Part shown: in pieces, positions 38,225 through 50,132 of the stretch
Layout: every line of letters starts with the position of its first letter
Numbering within the stretch: position 1 is the first letter of the stretch
Assembly (NCBI RefSeq): GCF_002113885.1
Contig: NW_018406762.1
Location: 1,266,834 to 1,330,833 of the forward strand
DNA length: 64,000 bases
Direction of reading: 5' to 3'
Origin: Mizuhopecten yessoensis
Lineage: Eukaryota
Translations under genes and position numbers: made by a program
The notes under the pieces: model-generated
Seen by the model: the letters and a program-made list of their open reading frames with translations, nothing else
Told to the model about the DNA's origin: nothing
Databases searched by the model: none

Positions 38225-38400
38225 AATTCACAATGTAGCCTATGTGAAATACAGGCATATGTAACGAACCCTTGTATGCTGTGACCAATAGCACTGTAGC
38301 CTATGTAAATTACAGATATACGTAATGAACCCCTGTATGCTGTTACCCATAGCAGTGTAGCCTATGTGAACTAAAGACACATGTAACGAACCTTTGTACA
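38225..38400. repeat. ~60-bp tandem repeat, 3 copies
   Basis: tgtagcctatgtgaaatacag.catatgtaacgaacc; single copy at the paralogous site ~62880-62925. Confidence 0.8.
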
Positions 38401-38947
38401 ATGGTACAGATGCGTGTTAATTTTCCCCACTTTTCACTAAAGACCCATGCCGTCACAAAGTTGTGATGCATAATGTTTATATACTTAGTTTCAGATAGAT
38501 AAAATACTACTGTTTTATTATATATCCTATATACCCCTGTTTGTAACAAAATCATACATAAATATATATATCGTCAATGAAAAAACAAAGAACGTTTCTG
38601 GTTTGTTGAGTTTGTTAGATGTCAGTTCAATGTATCATGTTGTTAAAACTGTAGCACAACTAGTCATTTGTTTTGAAACAAAGAAATATGTTTCTTTATC
38701 TTGATATTTGTTCCTGCATTTGACACTTTTTGGCATATTTGCTTTCAATTGTTTGATTGAGACAAACAAATTATACTGATGTCTTTTGTAAATGCTAAAC
38801 TATGTGTTTCTGGATATTTCAGATATAAAAAAACTTAATCAAAATGACTATTCGTGATTTCCAACTTCAAATGTTCAGGAAATATTTTGCTATTGCAATA
38901 TATTGATATAAGTACCCGGAGGAGGGAGCGGACCTTGCACACCCATG

Positions 38948-39055
38948 TTCGTCCCGACACCGATGCCCTTCCTGACAACGATGCCCCTCCCCACACCGAT
39001 GCCCCTCCCCACACCCATGCCCTTCCCGACACCGATGCCCTTCCCGACACCGATG
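38948..39055. repeat. 18-bp GC-rich minisatellite, ~6 copies
   Basis: CCCGACACCGATGCCCTT units. Confidence 0.9.
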
Positions 39056-39881
39056 AAAACTTTGTTAATCACATGACAGGCCGCATATATCACGGTACAT
39101 ATCGCGCTTCCTTGGTAAAATCTAATAGGGCTGAGTTGACCGCGTTGAACTTGTGATGTCACAGGTCTGGGACACCGAAACGGGGTCATCGCTGTAGGGC
39201 CACAGGGGAGATTTCAAGAAATATCGTGATTTCTCTGAAACGAGAGTCGCTATGGCGTTCGCGCTTTCTCCACTTTCTGTTTTATGGAGTGGTGTATTAT
39301 CAAACTTAATATTGCAAATCATTCCGCGTACACTTTAAAGGGTACATAAAATGCTATCCATGTTGTGGTATTAAGTGTTCTATATAAGCTATATTTACTA
39401 TTGATTTCTTTTCAATATGTTTTTTAATGAAGAACTAAGTGCAAATAAACAGAATAGGCTGTTTGTTCTTCGAAAAGTGTCATGGCGACTGGTTGCGCGC
39501 GTGGGTCCGATATACATAGCCGACGTGCCAATAACTGAATGTACAAGGTACACTAAAATGTTATCATTCAAAACATTGAAATAAATACCTGCTGACTCAA
39601 AGTTCTATATAAGTATAGGGCATAGATTCCTTGCTCCGTAAAGTTGATTAAAAGACATATTGTCTGTGTGATCAATATAAATAATGTCAGGGCGGCCATG
39701 TGTGCAAAGTGCACGTAAAACGTCTATATCCTCACTTCTCCATCGTTTTGAAAAATATTTGCTATTAAAAAATGCATTCTTACAGTATTCAGTTACAAAC
39801 ATGACATATGGTTGTGCTTACTGACGGTCTGAAAAGATCTTTTCTTAGGCGTAAAATGAGAGCAGTTGATAGTCGATGCAC

Positions 39882-39994
39882 AGGGGCTTGTATAAACTTA
39901 CATGATAAAATTAGCTTGAAATACCTATACATAATGTCTTTATATATATAGGTATTTCAAGCTAATTTTATCATACAAGTCTATACAAGCCCCT
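39882..39994. repeat. Long hairpin, ~48-bp arms (probable palindromic MITE core)
   Basis: aggggcttgtataaacttacatgataaaattagcttgaaatacctata / tataggtatttcaagctaattttatcatacaagtctatacaagcccct. Confidence 0.85.
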
Positions 39995-41199
39995 TTTGTC
40001 GATGTCAGCTCTCTTCAGCAGCAGCAGAAAAAGTGAATCTCCGAAGAAGTCAGAAGAAATTTTACGATTATTTTGGAAGCTCTGTTTCTTTTTCTTATAT
40101 CCGAAGATTTTTTAAATTTAGTTATACATCGATATTGACAAATGAAAATGATATTCAAATAATAATTAAATGTTTCAAATCCACAATAACAATGTTGGTT
40201 TGACCGACTGGCGACTGGACGGTGCAAAGTTTATCTCGCCATTCATGGCATAAATATGTATCACAAGTGATTCAAAGCGTGTAGGATTATGCGATGTGGA
40301 ATATAAAATTATATTGAGATGACTTTTTTGATGATTGATATACCATTCCTCATTTTTTATAAACAAAAATCAGCAGTTTGAATTTCCCGGAAAGTCAGCA
40401 CTATGGACTACGAAGTCAGTCATCCCATAATCCAGTTCGCCCCGCCATATTGTCACGTATCGGAGAATTAACGTAAACCAGAGCAATGTATGTTCATGTT
40501 TGACGTGTGTGTCAATATGAAAAGTGTCAGAAATGCGTAACATTTTTGATAGGGCAAGCTTCTTGTTTATTTATTGTTTGTCTCGCAGAAATTGTATATA
40601 TACAAAAAAACATTTTGAGTAATGGCGGCAATACCTTTATGATAGACCGTTTACACATTTCAACACTAGGGGGTGTTAGTAACTTGTTTGAAGACATAGA
40701 CCAATCAGAATGCTAGGATTGTAGTTGTACACAGGCTTTCGGAGGCGTTGACAATAGGCTGCAACGTAACTGCGTTTCGTTTGGCCTACTAAAGAGGTGT
40801 AAACGCTAAGGAGGTAATAAGACACTCTTTGTATTTGTTATATATATATATATTTGAGCCATCGTGTTATTGCTGTTACTTGCGACTCAATCCTATTTGA
40901 GTATTTTACTTTTTCATATACACAATGTAAATGTGAAAATTATTGACGTGTTTTGTCTATTTCAAACCGTAATAGATATGACTCGACTTTACAAAGAAAA
41001 CGTACCGCCTTGGTCGGAGAAACACACTCACAAATCATGGTGGTAGCTGTGTACGCTGACTCTGGCAGAGATGACAGGGTGCTACACTATGATCCTTTCC
41101 TCCAGGATGTCAGGAGTGGATAGTCAGGATACTGGATTTTTCATAATATAAAACTTCATTCATATAACAATAAGTATAAAACAAGTGATTAAAACCCAT

Positions 41200-41342
41200 A
41201 TTTAACTCGTATTTTACCTGATGTTAACGTGTGGGGGTCTCAATTTTGGAGGAAACTGGAGTACCTGGAGAAAACCCACGTGGTAAGGTATGTGAGTTCA
41301 TACCTTTCGACGTCCGATCGCGGAATCAAAACCGGCCACTTT
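41200..41342 (-). mobile_element. SINE (same family as 7365-7570)
   Basis: GGAGGAAACTGGAGTACCTGGAGAAAACCCAC core, then ..GACGTCCGATCGCGGAATCAAAACC; truncated in copy 2 at ~63550-63615. Confidence 0.7.
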
Positions 41343-42544
41343 GGTGAAAGATTTAACGAGTTAGTGCGAGCATTATATACTATTATGATATGTGATGGCC
41401 ATGGTATGCACACCAAGTCCTCTGTATCAATTTTGTAAATAGGAAGGATGTAATAGTCAGTAACTACATAGCCCTACCTATTAACGTTATTGGTACAGGG
41501 GACTCAATCCCAAGAGAGATGAAACGAGAAAAACGATAAGAAAAAGGAAACTGTTTATAAATATCCATCCATGGTCGTGTTAATCCCCACATAGGATCTT
41601 GCATGTAATAATTCCACAAAGCATTGTTCTACCAATATTAGTGTTTTTGTATTTAGATGGCGTCATCATTTGTTCACTATTGTGACGTCATCAGTTTGTT
41701 TTTACTATTGTTATGAAGTCACCAAATATCATTTACTTCTCCTTAAGTCTCACCGTTATTGTTGAAAACAATCCGATGACCTTTTTTTACGTTTCGAACG
41801 TGTGAACGTCCGTCATCGAAATGTATATAGTACAGCTCGTTCAACGACAAAAACTATCGTGGCGTCACCTAATTGACACGTTATATAATAGACAAGACAA
41901 TTAGAACAGAGGCAGGGAGGAAATCTGTTGTCACATTGTGGTCCATATCGGTCCATACAAAACAATGGTATTTTATATAGGCAATTATTTCAAAATTATT
42001 TTAATTTTTCAACACTTTCACATCAAGTTTAACTTGAACATTTTTGTATTAAATAAAACTTCAGAACAGAACAAAAAACATCCAAACAAATGAAAAGAAA
42101 CTGTCACGACTTCCGTCGTGTTCTTTGTTGACTTCCCTACATCAATGTTGATACCCCAGGCCAAATATCAGCGCCGCAGTACCGCAGCGTTCACACTGGT
42201 ATTTTCTAACAATTCCTAATGAAGCAATTAGAGGTTGAACCGTTATACGTGATTAAGGAAACTTCATTTTTGAAACGTATATGAAAACGTTAAAATACAC
42301 AAGAGAAAGGAAAAACCCAGGTGGAGTATAAATTGGTCTGGGGTGGATGTTGCGGTATCTGTGCTGTAGCATTCAAGTGAGGTGGCATTATAAATGATGC
42401 CGTTTGAAGCACGGTCCCACTACAAACAGAAAACATTACATATCCAGCACAAATGCAGGCATACACACATAGGGAGATATTAGCCAGGGGACATAGGACT
42501 AGTAGTTAACGCCTGATAAGGAAGCTCCTGCGCATTCCTCAAAA

Positions 42545-42668
42545 TTGTATTGCTTAATGTATATGCTAATTGTATTAATTGTATATCTATGTTCTGTAAA
42601 GCGCTTTAGAGTGGCTTATGTTTGCTAGATAGGTCGCTTTATCAAATGCTGTAAATTATTATTATTAA
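42545..42668 (+). mobile_element. L2-type LINE/SINE 3' tail
   Basis: TGTAAAGCGCTTTAGAG..CGCTTTATCAAAT plus (TTA)n, similar to the 44536-44615 tail. Confidence 0.55.
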
Positions 42669-43619
42669 ACCAATAATGAAGGAAAACTTTTAATAAATAA
42701 AGCCCAGCAAGCAAAAACCTGATATTTGTATTTATTATAAGGTTGTGAAAACAAACTGCATGCCATACAAAATCGTGATAACTATGCGCTAACAACTTAT
42801 AGATAGAGCTGTAGTACATTAAACAATAATTTATTTCGAAATCGATTTTTGTATACTTTATTTCATGTTTATTGTACATTTATGTGAACACAAATCATCA
42901 TGTAATACATGTAATGTATAACTTTCACATTTATCATGTAATACTTTCACGCACTATATTTGTACTCTTTCCAAATTTCAATACGCTAAATAAAGCCTTG
43001 TTTTGGCACATTTTCTTATACAAAGATACATATTTGTACAGGTATGTTTAGATAATCGAAACAATCATCTGGTTTTCAAACCTATAATAGAACCATTTGG
43101 ATGTATTTGGTAACAAGAAGGTAGATTTTATTCTGGTTGAGTGTTCCGAATGTGTGAGAGTGTATATGTAACTATGTGATAACGTTTCCACTTATTTTTG
43201 AGTGTCTTTTAAAATAAAAACAGACCGCTTTATAGGATTAGAAGGACATGCTATTGTGGAGAATCAATGTGTATATCACGACGATATCTAATACAGCGTA
43301 GTGCATTGATGTATATAAATCTGTACATGAAGGTAAACGCTTCAAATATTGATTTAAAATACGTCGGTCATTACCCGAACAACTCTGGAATGACAAAAAG
43401 GGCGAAACAAAACACACAAAAAACACTTTCAGTCAAAATCAATACTTGATTAATTATCTTTGTCGGTTAAACAATCTAATGACTTATGTCTGACCGATAA
43501 CCGATGTCATATAACATCATAACGGTCATAGTCTCTACAATTTGATTCGATATTTGAGGATGTTTTATACTCCATACATCGGTTAATCGTTGTGAAGTTA
43601 TATCTACACACTAGATATT

Positions 43620-44752
43620 GTTGTACCACGAGGTTCCTCATGTTGCAGTCCAAGACTGGGACGGTACCGTCGCGACAATCGACCCACACGTGTCCACACC
43701 CACTCTTTTAGGGGTTACCGATCCATGTCTCTGGTAAAGGACATACACCTGATTGTTCCTCAGGTCGCGTACACAGACTCTGTCGTACTTGTCACACTGT
43801 ATACTTTGACAGTTCTCTGAACATGGAGAAACAAGTGAACGCTATTGCCAAATCCTGTTACTACCAGATCAGGAACATCGGCTGTATTCGGCAGTTTCTA
43901 ACTGCAGATGCATGCAAGATTTTGGTGCATTCACTTGTTACCTCTCGGTTGGATTATCGTAACGCCCTGCTCTGTGGTATATCTGACAAACTAACTAGTC
44001 GTCTGCAGAGGGTTCAGAACACTGCAGCACGGCTAGTTACTCGTACTCGAAAGAGAGAGCACATCACACCTGCGCTTTATTCGTTGCACTGGTTACCTGT
44101 ACGATACAGGTCGCAGTACAAAATTCTGGTATACACATACAAGGCACTGAATGGAACAGCTCCTCAGTACCTACAGGAACTTGTTACCCTGTATCAGCCG
44201 TCAAGATCACTGCGGTCGGAGTCAGAATCTTTGTTGTGTGTCCCAAAATCTCGTACTGTGACCTACGGAAACAGATGCTTTGGGAGGGTTTCGGCTACGT
44301 TGTGGAATAGCTTACCATCTGCTATTAGGAAGTCGAATACCCTGGCCAAGTTCAAGAGGGACATAAAAACTCACCTCTTCACGTCTGCATTTTAGAATCT
44401 TTGCAAAGACGTCATGTAAATACCACCCTTTTATTTGTTCAATTATGTGCACATTGCTTGTTAAATATATGAAAGTGATTGCAAGCCTTTGTTGTTTGTT
44501 TTCACAATTATAACCATTACTGTTATCCATATGTTGTAAAGCGCCTTAGAGTAATTTTACAAATTATATAGGGCGCTATATAAATGTTGTATATTATAAT
44601 TATTATTATATATTATGGCTACTCCTACTACGAACCTTTTGGCGATTGTTGAGTTCACCAGTCGATTTAAATTTAGTTGTACTTAATCTGTGTACTATGA
44701 TTGATATATCATACCATGTCGACATTGCAACCTCTCATGACAATAAACATGC
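43620..44752 (-). pseudogene. Degenerate TRIM/NHL 3' remnant split by a LINE
   Basis: 43620-43795 matches the TRIM 3' end (GVDT..WV.C.DGTV, DKYDR); 44625-44752 matches the next upstream part (GELNN..). Multiple indels. Confidence 0.8.
43796..44616 (+). mobile_element. 5'-truncated L2/CR1-group LINE (C-terminal region of the RT ORF)
   Basis: ORF 43823-44395 with LVHSLVTSRLDY.NALL..LQRVQNTAARLV..HITPAL.SLHWLPV..YKALNGTAPQYL; 3' stem-loop gtaaagcgcc..ggcgctatataaat and (TTA)n tail. Confidence 0.92.
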
Positions 44753-45809
44753 AGCAAAATACACATTTGTTTTAAACGAAAAGTTAGAATAGGTACCATT
44801 TATTTGTATTGTAAAAGTAAAATGCCTCATCAAACAAAAGAAATGTGCTCCATTACTTTTGTAATCAAACAATAAACAACGACAATACGTTATATGTTTA
44901 GCAAGTGCCCCATTTAAAACATATTTACATCGCATATTTACATGTAAATATCAATTAGCATGATAGTTTACACGCGTATTTAAGCTAAACCAAGGAAATG
45001 ATTAAATGTAACCTCAGTAAGTATATTTAAAAGACAACAAATGTCGGAATACAGTAAGCCGGGACTCAATTACAGTTATCTGTACACAAATCATATGTGG
45101 TAATATCGTTATTTACTACAAAGTTTGATCGACAATCAAGTGTAGACTCGTCATATTATATTTATATCTCGCATGTAAAATCGCGTTCTACATGTACCTT
45201 TAACAGTTTATATTTCACAACTGTGTATTCTGGCTTCCCTTAAAAAAGATCGGTATTACTATGGTGCTGTAGGGATATCTCTGTCAATCTGTATAATAGA
45301 GTACAAAAACAACTTTATCATGTCACCTTAAACACTGATCTTATTACAAAACTTTCCAATTTTGGTCGCAGCTATGGATAATCTGTAGGTCTAAACCAGG
45401 GAAGCATGGGGCTCCTTAAAGGGGTAAAAACATATCCGACTATTTGGTTAACCGGCTAACAGTTGACAACCCAAACTAAAAACAACGTCATTTTCGTCCA
45501 TATGTCCATCACGTCTGTCCGCTTGTCTGTATTGTCTGTTTTTTGAAAGATCGCCTTGATATGTGATTTAGTACGACCCTGCTTGATGGCATTTAAAATC
45601 TCTACATAAAGTCGGATATACATATTTCATGGGAGTCTGAATTACGCAAAATATATGTAATGAACACATCAACATCTTATTCATTTCTCATCAAGAATTT
45701 AAGAGCACCAAACTGATTGTAACTCTGATTTGACTTTTTAAAAACCCATTTTATTGTTACAGAGTATACAGCAAAGACTGGACATAAGTTATCGTAACCT
45801 ACGAAACGT

Positions 45810-48800
45810 CCCTCTTATTCAAGTTAAAAAGCCGGGTTTGATACCAGTCATTCCCATCTTATTCCAGTTACACATCCTGGTTTGATACCAGTCATTCCCC
45901 TCTTATTCCAGTTACACAACCGGGTTTGATACCAGTCATTCCCTTCTTATTCAAGTTACACAACCGGGTTTGATACCAGTTATTCTCCTCGTAATCCAGT
46001 TACACAAACGGGTTTGATACCAGTCATTCCCCTCTTATTCCAGTTACACAACCGGGTTTGATATCAGTCATTCCCCTCTTATTCCAGTTACACAACCGGG
46101 TTTGATACCTGTCATTCCCAACCTATTCCAGTTACACAACCGGGTTTGATACGAGTCATTCTTCTCTTATTCCAGTTACACAACCGGGTTTGATACCAGT
46201 CATTCCCCTCTTATTCCAGTTACACAAACGGGTTTGATACCAGTCATTCCCTTCTCATTCCAGTTATACAACCAGGTTTAATACCAGTCATTCTCCTTTT
46301 ATTCAAGTTACACAGGTTTGCTACCTGTCATTCCCCTCTTATTCCAGTTACACAACCAGGTTTGATACCAGTCATTCCCTTCTTATTCCAGTTATTCAAA
46401 CGGGTTTGATACCAGTCTGTATCCTCTTGTTCAAGTTACACAGCCGGGTTTGATACTAATCCTCCTCCTCTTATTCCAGTTACACAACCAGATTTGATAC
46501 CAGTCATTCCCTTCTTATTCCAGTTATACAACCGGGTTTGATACTTGTCATTTCCCTCTTATTCCAGTTACACAAACGGGTTTGATACCAGTCATTCCCC
46601 TCTTATTCCAGTTACACAACCGGGTTTGATATCAGTCATTCCCCTCTTATTCCTGTTTCACAACCGGGTTTGATACCTGTCATTCCCCACCTATTCCAGT
46701 TACACAACCGGGTTTGATACGAGTCATTCTCCTCTTATTCCAGTTACACAACCGGGTTTGATACCAGTCATTCCCTTCTTATTCCAGTTACACAAACGTG
46801 TTTGATACCAGTCATTCCCTTCTCATTCCAGTTATACAACTAGGTTTAATACCAGTCATTCTCCTTTTATTCAAGTTACACAACCGGGTTTGCTACCTGT
46901 CATTACCCTTTTATTCCAGTTACACAACCAGGTTTGATACCAGTCATTCCCTTCTTATTCCAGTTATTCCACCGGGTTTGATACCAGTCTGTATCCTTTT
47001 ATTCAAGTTACACAGCCGGGTTTGATACCAGTCATTCTCCACCTATTCCAGTTATACAACCGGGTTTAATACTAGTCATTCTCCTCTTATTCCAGTTACA
47101 CAACCAGGTTTGATACCAGTCATTCCCTTCTTATTCCAGTTATACAACCGGGTTTGATACTTGTCATTCCCCTCTTATTCCAGTTACACAACCAGGTTTG
47201 ATACCAGTAATTCCCAACCTATTCCAGTTATACAACCGGGTTTGATACTAGTCATTCTCCTCTTATTCCAGTTACACATCCAGGTTTGATACCAGTCTGT
47301 ATCCTCTTATTCCAGTTACACAGCCGGGTTTGCTACCAGTCATTCCCCTCTTATTCCAGTTACATAACCAGGTTTTATACCAGTCATTCTCTTCTTATTC
47401 CAGTCATACAACCGGGTTTGATACCAGTCTGTATCCTCTTATTCAAGTTACACAGCCGGCTTTGCTTCCAGTCATTCCCCTCTTATTCCAGTTACATAAC
47501 CAGGTTTTATACCAGTCATTCCCTTCTTATTCCAGTCATACAACCGGGTTTGATACCAGTCTGTATCCTCTTATTCCAGTTACACAGCCGGGTTTGCTAC
47601 CAGTCATTCCCCTCTTATTTCAGTTACACAACAGGTTTAATACCAGTAATTCCCTTCTTATTCCAGTTATACAACCGGGTTTGATACCAGTCATTCCCTT
47701 CTTATTCCAGTTATACAGCCGGGTTTGATACTTGTCATTCCCCTCTTATTCCAGTTACACAACCAGGTTTGATACCAGTCATTCCCCACCTATGCCAGTT
47801 TTCCAACCTGGTTTGATACTAGTCATTCCCCTCTTATTCTAGTTACACAACCAGGTTTGGTACCTGTCATTCCCCACCTATTCCAGTTATACAACCGGGT
47901 TTGATACCAGTCATTCCCCTACTATTCCAGTTACACAACCGGGTTTGATACCAATCATTCCTCTCTTATTTCAGTTACATAACCAGGTTTTATACCAGTC
48001 ATTCCCTTCTTATTCCAGTCATACAACCGGGTTTGATACCAGTCTGTATCCTCTTATTCCAGTTACACAGCCGGGTTTGCTACCAGTCATTCCCCTCTTA
48101 TTTCAGTTACACAACAGGTTTGATACCAGTAATTCCCTTCTTATTCCAGTTATACAACCGGGTTTGATACCAGTCATTCCCTTCTTATTCCAGTTATACA
48201 GCCGGGTTTGATACTTGTCATTCCCCTCTTATTCCAGTTACACAACCAGGTTTGATACCAGTCATTCCCCACCTATGCCAGTTTTCCAACCTGGTTTGAT
48301 ACTAGTCATTCCCCTCTTATTCTAGTTACACAACCAGGTTTGGTACCTGTCATTCCCCACCTATTCCAGTTATACAACCGGGTTTGATACCAGTCATTCC
48401 CCTACTATTCCAGTTACACAACCGGGTTTGATACCAATCATTCCTCTCTTATTTCAGTTACACAACCGGGTTTGATACTAGTCATTCTCCTCTTATTCAA
48501 ATTACACAAACTGGTTTGATACCTGTCATTCCCTTTTTATTCCAGTTACACAACCGGGTTTGATACCAGTCATTCCCTTCTTATTCCAGTTACACAACCA
48601 GGTTTGATACTAGTCATTATCCTCTTATTCCAGTTACACAGCCGGGTTTGATACCTGTCATTTCCTTCTTATTCCAGTTACACAACCGGGTTAGATACCA
48701 GTCATTCCCTTCTTATTCCAGTTACACAACCGGGTTTGATACCAGTCATTTCCCTATTATTCCAGATATACAACCGGGTTTGATACCAGTCATTGCCCCC

Positions 48801-49190
48801 TTATTTCAGTTACACAAACGGGTTTGATACCAGTAATTTCCCTCTTTATTCCAGTTATACAACCAGGTTTGACACCAGTCATTCCCCTCTTATTCCAGGT
48901 ACACAACCGGGTTTGATACCTGTCATTCCCAACCTATTCCAGGTACACAACCGGGTTTGATACCAGTAATTTCCCTCTTTATTCCAGTTTTACAACCAGG
49001 TTTGATACCAGTCATTCCCCTCTTATTCCAGGTACACAACCGGGTTTGATACCAGCAATTTCCCTCTTTATTCCAGTTATACAACCAGGTTTGATACCAG
49101 TCATTCCCCTCTTATTCCAGTTACACAACCGGATTTGATACTAGTCATTCCTCTCTTATTCCAGTTACAAATCCGGGTTTGATACCAGAC
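45810..49190. repeat. 44-bp satellite, ~76 copies
   Basis: Unit CCGGGTTTGATACCAGTCATTCCCCTCTTATTCCAGTTACACAA. Confidence 0.97.
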
Positions 49191-50132
49191 AAGTAGACCA
49201 GTCTGATCCTTTTTGCGTACATTTAAATATGTATGCGGCACCGTAACGCTAAAGTTGATTGGCTTTGAAATGTCTCTTCTCTGTCATCTTCTAAGGACAA
49301 GTATCAGCCTAGCGATTGTTATTTGTTACCTGAGAGCAATCAAACAGCTACATTTGTGCCTTAGATTTTATCATGACATTTTCCAGGGCTGATAAACGGT
49401 ACCACTGCATTAGTTACACTCCTAAATAATCTTCCACCAAGTTTGTCTGACTTGAAGTAATATCCGTTATATATAGAAGATGAAAAAAGCAGATGGATTT
49501 TGAACAGAGATAAAAAAAAATATGTACAAATCTAAAACCATTTAATAGCCTGGATGTGCATGTTTGTATTGTTTGGAAACGAACTGTTCGAGTAACAAAA
49601 CTTACTGGAGATATTTTATATAGTATGTTCTTAAATATTGACAAAGTGACTGTCTTTCTCTAACTACTTCTTCATATGTGCATATAATTAATTACATGTC
49701 GCAAAAATACTTTAAACAAATATTTGATAATTCTGACAATTATAACAAGACAACTTAACTTGATGGTACTCGATCTTTACCTTAAGATGACATGAACAAT
49801 TTCAAAATAAATCCTGATAAAGCAAGTAAATAATAACAATACCTAATCCCACAAATAAATAAAACAAAACCCTCAGTGCAGCTCACTAATGAATTAGTTG
49901 ATCAGTTCAATGATAAGGACCTGTCAGTTCAAAAACCGAATTACCTTTAAATGATTTTTGGTACAGATGTCATTAACACCGATTGATCAATTTCTTGAAT
50001 GTCTTTATAATATGAATTGAAATTCGAACGTAATTTCATGCACCAGACATTGGCGAATTGTTTGTGATGATATTTACATAAAGTAATACTGTACTACGAG
50101 GTCAAGTATACATCATTTACTGTATCCTCATG

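Noticed and set aside
38835-39189. Gly-rich or Pro/Asp-rich ORFs
   Set aside because: Caused by an 18-bp minisatellite in a region absent from the paralogous copy.
46798-48211. Several ORFs within the 44-bp array
   Set aside because: Satellite translations with no coding signature.
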